Positions 45,984 through 55,290 of a DNA stretch of 64,000 nucleotides are shown here, piece after piece; positions within the stretch are counted from its first letter, which is position 1, and each line of letters starts with the position of its first letter. The stretch is taken from contig CDROCS010002657.1 of the NCBI GenBank assembly GCA_977020255.1, positions 248,001-312,000 of the forward strand, in the 5' to 3' direction. The notes below the pieces were generated by a model. That model was given only the letters and a program-made list of their open reading frames with translations. It was not told the origin of the DNA and did not search any database. The translations under genes were made by a program, and so were the position numbers. This DNA comes from Obrimoposthia wandeli (taxonomy: Eukaryota).

Positions 45984-46406
45984 TCATCGGTTTATTAGTC
46001 TACTAGCAAGTGCACCAACTATTGAGCTAATAATTGGTACGAGAAATCCTAAAAATCCACCACTTTGCTTATAAAGCAACTTACGTTTACCGATTCGTGT
46101 TTTGGCGTGAAACAAAGCAAGTAGAGGTTTCTTATGCCGATTCAGGTTAGCCTTGACAATTATTTTACCAGAAACTATTTTCTGTATCATATTAAGTAAA
46201 TCATCAATTACAAAAGTAGGGAATGATTTAAGAATAGCTGGGCGGCGAATAGCAGGTGCACGCATGAGAAAATTGAAATAGGCAATACTCCTAGATTTCT
46301 TAACAACAGTTCTTTTCGATTTTTGAGCAACCATTTTCCTTGCACTTAAAACTGATTTAATCAATTTTTTAACTTCGGGTTTAACAGTTTCCTTTTTAAA
46401 ATTCAT
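45984..46406 (-). CDS. Basic core/virion protein
   Basis: Lys/Arg-rich, ending KRKLLYKQSGGFLGFLVPIISSIVG, a typical Polinton small structural protein tail. Confidence 0.7.
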   Translation of the reverse strand: MNFKKETVKPEVKKLIKSVLSARKMVAQKSKRTVVKKSRSIAYFNFLMRAPAIRRPAILKSFPTFVIDDLLNMIQKIVSGKIIVKANLNRHKKPLLALFHAKTRIGKRKLLYKQSGGFLGFLVPIISSIVGALASRLINR

Positions 46407-47054
46407 CTTCTCAAAACTGGTTTCTTTGTTTGTTTATAGACGGTTATTCCCGATGGATTGAATACATCAGTTCTAACTCTAAAGTCATCGGGACAATCTT
46501 GAGTAAAAATCAATAAAAATGTATCCATGAGGAATAGTAGTTGCATCTTGAAATGAATCAATTAAAAACTTTCTATTATTCGGGTAAGCTTGTCTTGAAA
46601 CAAAATCAACAATCGTCTGATCACGTGGATTCTTGAAGAGAACAAGATAATGTACATTTAAATTACGAGTTCTATGGTTCCCTCCTTGATGAAATAGATT
46701 TTGTGTGATGAAAATAACAGTTACTTCCCGATGTCGTGCTATTTTAGTGAATAAATTATTGAAATCACTCTCTTTATTTGCTTCTTGATATAAATCATCA
46801 ATAACAATAACATCATGTCGTTGTAATCGCTCAGACCAATTATCATCGAATCCATTAATGACTTTTATATTTTTGATTTTCTTAAACTCTTTACTGGTTA
46901 AACCAGCTTCTCCATCTCCTCCCTGCTTCCAATATATTTTATTAAACTTAAAGGTAAAGTATTTATTATTTTGTAGTAATTTACATACAAAATGTGTTTT
47001 CCCACTACCACTAGGACCTACAATCTGAAAAACTGAATTATTTTCTAAGTTCAT
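46403..47054 (-). pseudogene. FtsK/HerA-type packaging ATPase
   Basis: GPSGSGKT, VIVIDDL, ARH...ITQNLF, LFKNPRD. An extra T in a T-run at ~46505 shifts the frame; the corrected tail DFTQDCPDDFRVRTDVF...LRR* ends at 46403. Confidence 0.95.
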
Positions 47055-47097
47055 ATTAAAAATATTAGATTATCGGAATAATGTTTATAAGACAAAA

Positions 47098-47382
47098 CTA
47101 TTTAAAATATTTTATTACGAAACATCCAGCAACAAACAATAAAAAACTCTTCTTGTAGAAAAAGCTCCTTTTCTCTTCTTTCTTTGCACATTCTTTCTTC
47201 TGATTGTATCCATGAATGAGAAGATTGACTGCCTTGTCATGCACCATTCTTCTTACGTGCTCCTCCAGGGGTAGATTTGAGACATCAATGAGTTGCAGGA
47301 CATCTGGTTCTATGACATTCTTCGAGATGAAGCTCTTCACCGCCTTGTCAACATCTTGCTTGAAATAGTTTGGAGTAGACAT
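47098..47382 (-). CDS. Orphan ~94-aa helical protein with C-terminal hydrophobic tail flanked by lysines
   Basis: The ATG at 47382 sits 30 nt after TATATAAGC; the protein ends FFYKKSFLLFVAGCFVIKYFK. Confidence 0.65.
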   Translation of the reverse strand: MSTPNYFKQDVDKAVKSFISKNVIEPDVLQLIDVSNLPLEEHVRRMVHDKAVNLLIHGYNQKKECAKKEEKRSFFYKKSFLLFVAGCFVIKYFK

Positions 47383-47443
47383 AATGATGATGAAGAAGTA
47401 AAAAGTAATCTGCTTATATACTATACATCTGAAATCTGATTGG

Positions 47444-47580
47444 TTAATAAAGACTAATAAAGACACTGACTAATAAAAACACTGACTAATAAAGACACAA
47501 AGACACTGACTAATAAAGACACTGATTAATAAAAACACTGATTAATAAATACACTGATTAAAGATAAAGACGAATAAAAT
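47444..47580. repeat. ~16-bp tandem repeat (GACACTGACTAATAAA), ~7-8 degenerate copies
   Basis: Directly visible between the 47098 ORF promoter and the phosphatase stop codon. Confidence 0.85.
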
Positions 47581-48306
47581 TTACACATGATAACGATTAA
47601 AAATACGTATTTGATGAAGCATAGCTTCATTAGGAGCAGCAATAGTCCGTTTAGCTTTAACAAGATTCGAAGCAGCAGTAACACCAATCGAATGAGATAA
47701 AAATGCAATAACAATGCAAGCAGCATGTAAACTACCATAATGACTACATACTAAAATCTTACCACCATTTTCGATAGTTTCTTTAATTATATTATTAGTC
47801 TGTTTATAATACTTCATTATTGTTTCTCCTAATTTTGAGTTTACAAAGACAGAAGTATATTTTAATTTCTTATAAGATATTTTATCCAGTATAGATGTAT
47901 TGATTACATGAGTGAAATTGGAGTTCAAAAGATTAGTTTCATCAAACCCATCTCGATAATTATCAATATATAATTGATTTACTAAAATCTCACTCATCAC
48001 GGTTTTGTTTAACTTTTCTACATTATGTTGAGTAAATCTAGCACTAAACAAGCTATCAAAAAGATGGGTCATGTGGTTCATTTCCATACTCGAAGCATGA
48101 GCTATTATGGGTTCCATAAAAGCCAAAGCATTTAAAAAATCTATCCGTCTCTTATCTTCAATAATTGGATCTATAATAATTTCTTCTTCTATCGTCACTT
48201 CATCAATAGTTTCTTCTCTTCTTATAACTGTTGTTGTTGTTGCTGGTGATGATGTTGTTGCTGGCGATGATGTTGCGGCTTCTGGTGCTGAATTGATTTT
48301 CTCCAT
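47581..48306 (-). CDS. Dual-specificity phosphatase-fold protein, catalytically dead
   Basis: MSEILVNQLYI...THVIN...GGKILV-CSHYGSLHA-ACIVIAFL...VKAKR...PN...HQ. The HCxxGxxRS loop is replaced. Confidence 0.85.
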   Translation of the reverse strand: MEKINSAPEAATSSPATTSSPATTTTVIRREETIDEVTIEEEIIIDPIIEDKRRIDFLNALAFMEPIIAHASSMEMNHMTHLFDSLFSARFTQHNVEKLNKTVMSEILVNQLYIDNYRDGFDETNLLNSNFTHVINTSILDKISYKKLKYTSVFVNSKLGETIMKYYKQTNNIIKETIENGGKILVCSHYGSLHAACIVIAFLSHSIGVTAASNLVKAKRTIAAPNEAMLHQIRIFNRYHV

Positions 48307-48626
48307 TTTATCAATTCCCAGTCAATTTAGTCTTATATATATATTAAACGAGGTTTAATTTCATAGGAGCATCAGTTTCATCATATGATTTGATTGGAGT
48401 ATTATTCAACCTTTCCATTGTACTTAACAACTCATGTAAATGTATTTGATGACGTAACCTAAAGAGTTAAATAAACTACATATAAATATTACTCATGATT
48501 ATTTTTCCTAATTAAAGCATTGAGAATAACTGAAGCAAGATCTTTTAATGCATCCTGAACCTCTTTACATTCAATAATTTCATTCATTTTATGATAAAGC
48601 AAATCAAATATTGTTTATAACCCATG

Positions 48627-48845
48627 AAAAATCTATTTTTAGAGCACATTACAACTATTTGCAACATTACAACGTTTGCAACTATTTGCAAGTAATGACA
48701 TGTGATGTCTCTAAGAGAAATCTATTTTTAGACCACATTACAACTATTTGCAACATTACAACGTTTGCAACTATTTGCAAGTAATGACATGTGATGTCTT
48801 TGTCTCTAAGAGAAATCTATTTTTAGACCACATTACGACTATTTG
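48627..48845. repeat. ~90-bp internal repeat, 2.3 tandem copies; a further copy at 50467-50537
   Basis: AAATCTATTTTTAGACCACATTACAACTATTTGCAAC...GCAAGTAATGACATGTGATGTCT. Confidence 0.9.
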
Positions 48846-49363
48846 GTTTAGGAAATAAATAACACAAGTGTGGAGATCTATATTAAATAAAATACATTCA
48901 ATCAGATACTCATAGTTTAAAGATTTAAAACCAAGTATCATAATCTTCCCGCTAGCAAAAATGTTCACGCATAGGGGATTGTATTTGATGTATCGAAGTC
49001 CCGGGAAGATTTCTGGCTCGTAAACAGCTTCCGATCCCATACTCTTGCTCATCTTGTTTAGGTTTATTGATGTTTCTAGCTTGCTGCTGAGACTGATTGA
49101 TTGCATTCTTTCGATTTTTATATCAAAAGGAAGACTGCTTTCATCCCGCACTGTTTTGCAACCCATTATTCTGCATGTACCTAAATTATAATTATATATA
49201 AATGTAAAAATAAATTACCAGATTTGAAAATGATAATAGTGTAACCTTCACACTTGAGTCGATACTGATGAGGCTTCGAAGTCCGAAATGGTAAGTGTTG
49301 AATGTTACTTACAACCATTCCCTTGTAATTAATATTCACTAATTTGATATTGTGAAGTAGCAT
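48771..49363 (-). CDS. TATA-binding-protein-like (two TBP repeats), two exons 49363-49219 and 49180-48771
   Basis: Splicing the 38-nt GT-AG intron gives IIFKSG|TCRIMGCK, parallel to the repeat-2 segment NIFASGKIMILGFK. YEPEIFPGLRY matches TBP YEPELFPGLIY. Confidence 0.88.
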
Positions 49364-49426
49364 TTCTGATTATTATAAACTGATTTCTTCTATTTATACT
49401 ATTTGAACATCTATTTTTAGATTTGT

Positions 49427-50423
49427 TTAATTGCCTATGCTATGAAATCTAATATTTCTTACTCGTCTAATGATAATTGTCTTGCAATATGGACATGTAA
49501 TAAAACGATCTGAACATTTAATACACGTGTTTAAGTGACCACATGGTAAAAATGCCACGGAAATCGCATCGCTCATGCAAACAACACATTCGGGATTTGG
49601 TAAGAGGTACTCAAGATAATTTATCCGATGTGTTGGTTCAGATTTTATTTCTAAAGACCTTAAATCCGTTATAAACTCATATATAGAATCATATTTGTTA
49701 CCGAATGTTTTAAACCTATTAACTAAAACGGCTTTGATTCTATCATGACTGTAATCACGTTTCAGCAAAACTATTTGACGAGTTTCCATCTGAGCATCAA
49801 TGTCATCATTACTAATATGATATTCAACAATACATCCGTTCTTGATTCCCATACTAGATGCTTTACAATCTCGAGTATGAAAGATAAGACATAGTATCAA
49901 TAAGGTCAAGTCGGGGTACTGCTTTCCGACAGAAACAACATCGATAAGAATCATTCCAAATATATACATGATCGAAAATCGATAATGTAGGTATTTCAAT
50001 ATCATTAGAATAATTATTGCGTGCAATAACAACTTTATCCATTGGAGTTGTATCAAAATCAATTTGGGTGGTGCTGGAATCAATTATTGGTACGTTTGAA
50101 ACATTCATTTTCAAAACAAACGGACATCTTGGGAAAAAGAGCTGATGCTGTTTCATTGGTTTCAGATAGTACTCCCATCCCGATATTCCTCCCTGACAGT
50201 AAATACACTTTACATTATCTTTCGAATCATCGTGCTTGTAAAATCCTGCTTTTGCTAAAGCTTTCTTATCGGCTAAACCAGTAAACTTTGTTTGTAACGA
50301 TTCTAATCTTCTTTCTTCATATATCATATTTTCATTTATTCTTGAAATATTATCAAAACGCCGTCGTCTAATGGTGAGTTCTCCGTTTTCTGAAACATAA
50401 TGTGCAATAAATTTAGTAGTCAT
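49427..50423 (-). pseudogene. iap: Inhibitor of apoptosis (BIR, UBA-like, RING), one frameshift at ~49885
   Basis: RLES...LAKAGFY...DNVKCIYCQGGISGWE...PMKQHQLFFPRCPFV (BIR); CVVCM...FLPCGHLNTCIKC...CPYC (RING). Confidence 0.92.
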
Positions 50424-50554
50424 AACAAAATTGAATGATGAAATTGTCTAGCTTATATAGTAAGTGAAAATCTATTTTTAGACCACATTACAACTATTTG
50501 CAACTATTTGCAAGTAATGACATGTGATGTCTTTGTCTTAGTATAAACAATATT

Positions 50555-50782
50555 TTGATAATGATTTTATTGAAAATGGTTAATCAAAATAATCAAAATA
50601 ATGAAAGTAGAGCTAGTACATATAAAGGTTCCGGTAGTAATTTATATTCTAATATGAATTATAATAGAAATAATCAGAGAGAAAATATTAATCCATCAAG
50701 TCAAACAATAACAAGTCCTACGCGCTTAACCGAAGAACGTGAGCCCTTTAAGGATATGACTAATACTAGACGATTTTCATAA
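50555..50782 (+). CDS. Small Asn-rich orphan ORF
   Basis: Divergent from iap, with a TATAAA just upstream; low complexity, no recognisable motif. Confidence 0.35.
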   Translation: MIMILLKMVNQNNQNNESRASTYKGSGSNLYSNMNYNRNNQRENINPSSQTITSPTRLTEEREPFKDMTNTRRFS

Positions 50783-50895
50783 ACAAGAATGTTAACCAAT
50801 TGAGACTAATCGATTTTCATAAACAAGAATATCGACTAATTAGAATCGACCTTTAGAGGATAAACAATTGAATATTTCAATTTATAATTGTCAAT

Positions 50896-51276
50896 ATGAA
50901 TTTCGAAAAGCTATATCAACCTATGCATACATATTATGGATATGAGATGCACTTTTTGAAGAAAGCTCATAACTATAATTTTATTTTCCCCGTCAACATT
51001 GAGCCGCTTAAATTTGATTTTGAAATATCAAATTTGACTTCTGTGGATAAAGAGAGAATCAATATTCAATTTGGAATCAACTATGCGCTTCAGGAAAACA
51101 AATTCGTAATCAAAGGATCAACTGCCACTTTCAAGCATGAGAATGGAACAATATACGAAGCACCTCCTCCTAAGCTAGAATGGATTATCTCAATCAGAAT
51201 TCAAGGATGCAAGATCGGGTCCAGTGGATTGGAAACTCCGATATGGAAAATAATTGATGCTGTTAGAGTTGACTAA
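50896..51276 (+). CDS. Polinton accessory protein, predicted beta-rich (possibly OB-fold ssDNA-binding)
   Basis: Intact 126-aa ORF with alternating hydrophobic pattern, ending ISIRIQGCKIG...PIWKIIDA. The function is a guess. Confidence 0.55.
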   Translation: MNFEKLYQPMHTYYGYEMHFLKKAHNYNFIFPVNIEPLKFDFEISNLTSVDKERINIQFGINYALQENKFVIKGSTATFKHENGTIYEAPPPKLEWIISIRIQGCKIGSSGLETPIWKIIDAVRVD

Positions 51277-51340
51277 TAAATTTTTGTGTCTTTATTTGTA
51301 TTATTTTATATATATAAACAATAGTGATACTTTAATATTT

Positions 51341-51712
51341 ATTATGAAAATGACTAAAAAACCTACTAAATCATTAAAGTCGAAAAAGGTTAAAAAGACT
51401 ATGAGTAAAAAGACTATGAGTAAAAAGAAAATCATGGAGGGTTTGGGTATTCATATGATGGCAGCAAATCTTTTAGGTAGATGGTTTGGCGGAGTTGATA
51501 AAAAAGCTATAAAGCACAAAAAGAATGTGGATTACATGAGAGGTATACAAAATCAGAAACGAGTGCAAATAGGAGATGGTATACAAAAAGGGGATGGTAT
51601 GCTTGATATTTTTGTAAAATTAGATAAACTTACAAAAGCATTTGAAAAGGATCCTAGTGCCTATCTTGGTCCAAAACTAAACTTTTTAGCAAACCGACCA
51701 AAAACTTTGTAA
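51341..51712 (+). CDS. Lys-rich basic protein with QxGxG motifs
   Basis: MKMTKKPTKSLKSKKVKK...QIGDGIQKGDG. The start is inferred downstream of a TATATAAA at ~51310; the ORF track starts at 51254. Confidence 0.6.
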   Translation: MMKMTKKPTKSLKSKKVKKTMSKKTMSKKKIMEGLGIHMMAANLLGRWFGGVDKKAIKHKKNVDYMRGIQNQKRVQIGDGIQKGDGMLDIFVKLDKLTKAFEKDPSAYLGPKLNFLANRPKTL

Positions 51713-51716
51713 TTAC

Positions 51717-52422
51717 ATTGCAATATAGATGCAGTACGTCTTTGTTAGACACTCACACATATATATATATATATACATGTATAAGAATAAATGTTACTAT
51801 TAATTACATAAAAATGCAAGTATTTGCAATGTAGATGCGTGACTGTCTTTGTTAGATAGATATAAGAACGTCTAAACATGATTATCAAATTATATAATAC
51901 TTTATTTTATAAGTAGATAGTTTAATTTAGTTTAAATATATTTTTCAAATTATATAATACTTTATTTTATAAGTAGATAATTTAATTTAAATTATAAAAC
52001 ACACACACACGAGATGTCTTTTGGTTAATTGATCTTTTTGACCTCGCCGTGACCTTAAAGTACATTGTCCTCATGACGTCATGACCTTAAGTTGACCTTA
52101 AAGTACATTGACCTTAACTTGATCTTAACTTGCCTTGACCTCATGACCTACATCTTGTCCTCATCGTGACCTCAAGTTGTCCTCATGACTTTAAATAAAA
52201 AATCATGTGTACTCGGGAGAAATTTGACCTACATCTGTCATAAAAAATTTGAGTTCAAAAATTTTCGCGCTAATTTCAAAAATTTTGACCTATATTTCAA
52301 ATTTTTCGCGGAAATTTCAAAATTTGACCTAAATTTTTTGTCCTCATCAAAAAATTTGACCTAGATTTTTGACTTGTCCTCAGGGGGTGGGCTTTGTTCC
52401 AGAAGTGCCACATCTACCTACT
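51717..52422 (-). repeat. Right TIR of the Polinton
   Basis: Inverted counterpart of 36233-37060, with an extra internal duplication (about 51880-51990) and a different TGACCT sub-array. Confidence 0.85.
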
Positions 52423-52948
52423 GGCCTATGATTCCCAATCATATCCCCACCACTGATTGCGCACTTCCTCTCTTGGACTTCAATGCTCGACCTCCATATT
52501 AACTCTTCAACTCTTTCATATCTCCTAGAAATGTTGTATCCACCTTTTCCTGGGGTCACGATCCTTGCGTTTGGATGCACACTGTCCCTGCCCTCAACCG
52601 ACACTGCGAAGCATCCCTGCGTCAGACGTCGTCTATAGGCCTCGGCCAATACCGGCTGAGGTAGTTTCTCGGATCGTGCCTGCCATCCTTTAAAATCCTC
52701 CATATATTCTCCCTCACTTCGTTCCTTAAAACAAACCTGCGATTTTATATTACCAAGTACTTTATCATTACTTCAAGTTGAAAATTGTGGGCACATATGA
52801 GACAACGGCAAGGGGCGGGGAATAAAAACAGTGATCAAGGCCTAACCTCCAGCTGCGACTTGTCCATTACAAAGGGTTCCAGCTGTCCATTTTGTCCCCT
52901 ATATCCAACTTCTGATCCTCTCGCACGACCAATTTGATCTCGTCTTCA

Positions 52949-55290
52949 TCCAAAAATGCAACGTGCAACAAATGCATGAAAACCGGACACTTCTTCAGCG
53001 CCTATCTGTCGAGAAAGAAAGATACAATCAACGTAGCGACATATCTGGCAAATGCAGTCATCAAATCCCCAACAGGACTCCAAAAAGCAATAGGACAAAT
53101 AAAGATCCTCGACGGGTACCACGATGCACTAATCAACATAGGAAGCGAACTCAGTTTCATCGACGGAAACATAGTTAAGTTCATCAAATTATCAAGCCAA
53201 ATATGCCAATATCTCTGGCATCCAACAACAATAAAACAATCCCTACAACGTTCTGTTTCATGGATTTTGAACTAGACAATGTGCCGTATAGAAATCAACG
53301 ATTGAACGTACTGGATAACCTATGTACCCCAGTAATCCTTGGCCAAGACTTTATGAAAAAAGATTTAATCAATAACCTTCAAATTTGACGGATAGATTCA
53401 ACCGCTGACATTAGCATCCATCTTACCAATACATTTTGAACCGCCACGAATCTTCGAGAACATGAGAGACGACGTATTTTCCATCGCAACCAAATCAAGA
53501 ACCTACTGCTATTCAGACCTGAACTTCATAAAACTGGAAGTCGAATAATTATTAAAGGGTGGTATCATCGAGAAATCATCGTCCTCATGGAGAACTCAAG
53601 TACTCGTCACAAACAGGAACATGAAGAAGCGTCTAATTATCGACTACTCACAGACGATCAACAAATTCAGCATTTTAGACGCGTACCCATTACCTAACAT
53701 GGACGAACTAGTGCGAGAAATATCAAAAAACGAATACTTTAGCAAACTGGACCTGCGATCAGCCTACCACCAGGTACCTCTGCACCCAAACGACAAAATA
53801 TTCATGGCTTTCCAAGCCTCCGGTAACTTATATCAGTTCAGACGCCTACCATTTGGAGTTACTAATGCCGTCAGCGCTTTCCAACGGACTATGAACAACA
53901 TTATCGACGATAACAATCTACGCTTATTTAGATGATATAATCATCGTCGGAACATCACTAGAAGATCAAGACGAAAACGTCAATAAATTCCTTGAAGTAG
54001 TTAAAAAAATCCAAATCTCGCTCAACATGAATAAATGATTGCTTCAAAAAATGTCCATAAATGTTCTTGGATATCAAATCGAAGAGAATTCAATGCGCCC
54101 TGATCCAGAAAGGTTAAAACCAATTACTAATTACCCATTACCAACCAATACAAAGGAATTGCAGAGACTACGTGGACTCCTGAGCTATTACGCCAAATGG
54201 ATACCATCCTTTTCAGACAAAATCCAACCTCTTCTGAAAGCCACATTTCCTCTGCCCATGTCAGCAAAAACTGCACTCTTTCAATTGAAAAAGGAAATTT
54301 CATCATACACACTATCTCAATCAAACTCAATCTCCCAATTGAAATTCAAACGGATGCTCCAAAAACTGCCTTATCAGGAGTCATGCAGCAAGAACCTATT
54401 GCATTCGTTTCCAGAACCCTGAACTCGAGCAAAGAAAGATTATCTTCAATCGAGAAAGAAGCTATGGCGATCGTCGAAAGTGTGCGAAAATGGAGATCAA
54501 TATTGATCACGAACCACTTTTCAATCAAAACTGACCAAAGGCGCTCTCGTTTATCTTCAATCAAAAAAGAAATGGAAAAACTAAAAATGACAAAATTCTT
54601 CGATAAAGAATTGAGTTGTCCTTATATTCCTACAACGTAACACACATCCCAGGCGAACTCAATCTAGCTACAAACGCAATGTCCAGATGCAACACGATCA
54701 AATCCAAAACGGTTCTTAAACTCCATCAAGCGTTGGGCCATCCAGGAATTACGAGGCTCTGGCATTTCATCAAAAGCAAAAACCTCCCATTGTCTATAAA
54801 AGAAGTTAAAGACGTTTGCGAAAATTGCAAAACATGCACAATTCTCAAACCACAATAGTACCGACCCGAGATGTCACAGCTAATAAAATTGATGCGGCCC
54901 TTTGAAAGATTGAGTATCGACTTCAAAGGTCCGCTACCGCAATCCGGCCCTTACTGATACCTCCTAGTGATGATAGACAAATATTCCAGATTCCAGTTAG
55001 CCTACCACTGCAAAAACATGGAAGCACACACAGTAAAAACGTGCTTCCTCGATCTCCACATTCGGGTGTCCTTCGTCAATTCACACCGATCGAGGTACCC
55101 AATTTATGAATCAAGAAGTCAGGGAATTCTTAACGAAGCACAACGTCGCCCAAACCCGAACAACACCATATCATCCATCAGGAAATGGTCAAGTAGAGCG
55201 AATAATGGGACACTCTAGCAAACTATATCTTTAACTCTACACAACAGAAACCTAACCCCATCTTCATGGAAAGAGGTTTTGGAATGAAGA
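52949..55290 (+). pseudogene. Gypsy pol (protease, RT, RNase H, integrase), fragmented
   Basis: ALINIGS (protease site with D>N), YPLPNMDEL, FSKLDLRSAYHQ, LPFGVTNA, YLDD, IEKEAMAIV, H-x3-GH...CENC, IDFKGPLP, PYHPSGNG. Many stops and frameshifts. Confidence 0.9.

Larger units (their letters stand above)
36233..52422. mobile_element. Full-length Polinton/Maverick (adintovirus-like), 16,190 bp
   Basis: Termini AGTAGGTAGATGTG...CACATCTACCTACT, perfect 6-bp TSD GGCCTA (36227-36232, 52423-52428), long imperfect TIRs, and all six hallmark genes. Confidence 0.98.
33854..52948 (-). mobile_element. Internally deleted BEL/Pao LTR retrotransposon, split by the Polinton
   Basis: LTR-like end ...AATAAA...CTCCGAAACA at 33854, PBS-like TGGTCGTGCGAGAGGAT at 52931-52915, imperfect 5-bp flanks TCCAG/TCCAA. 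The 5' LTR is almost absent and most of pol is missing. The right boundary is approximate. Confidence 0.7.

Noticed and set aside
49863-49920. Intron explaining the iap frame change
   Set aside because: The only GT...AG candidate (50 nt) does not restore the RING frame; a 1-nt indel is simpler.
47098-51712. Domestication of the accessory genes (intact while core genes decay)
   Set aside because: The intact ORFs are short and iap itself is frameshifted; the lesion density is too low to distinguish this from chance without dN/dS.
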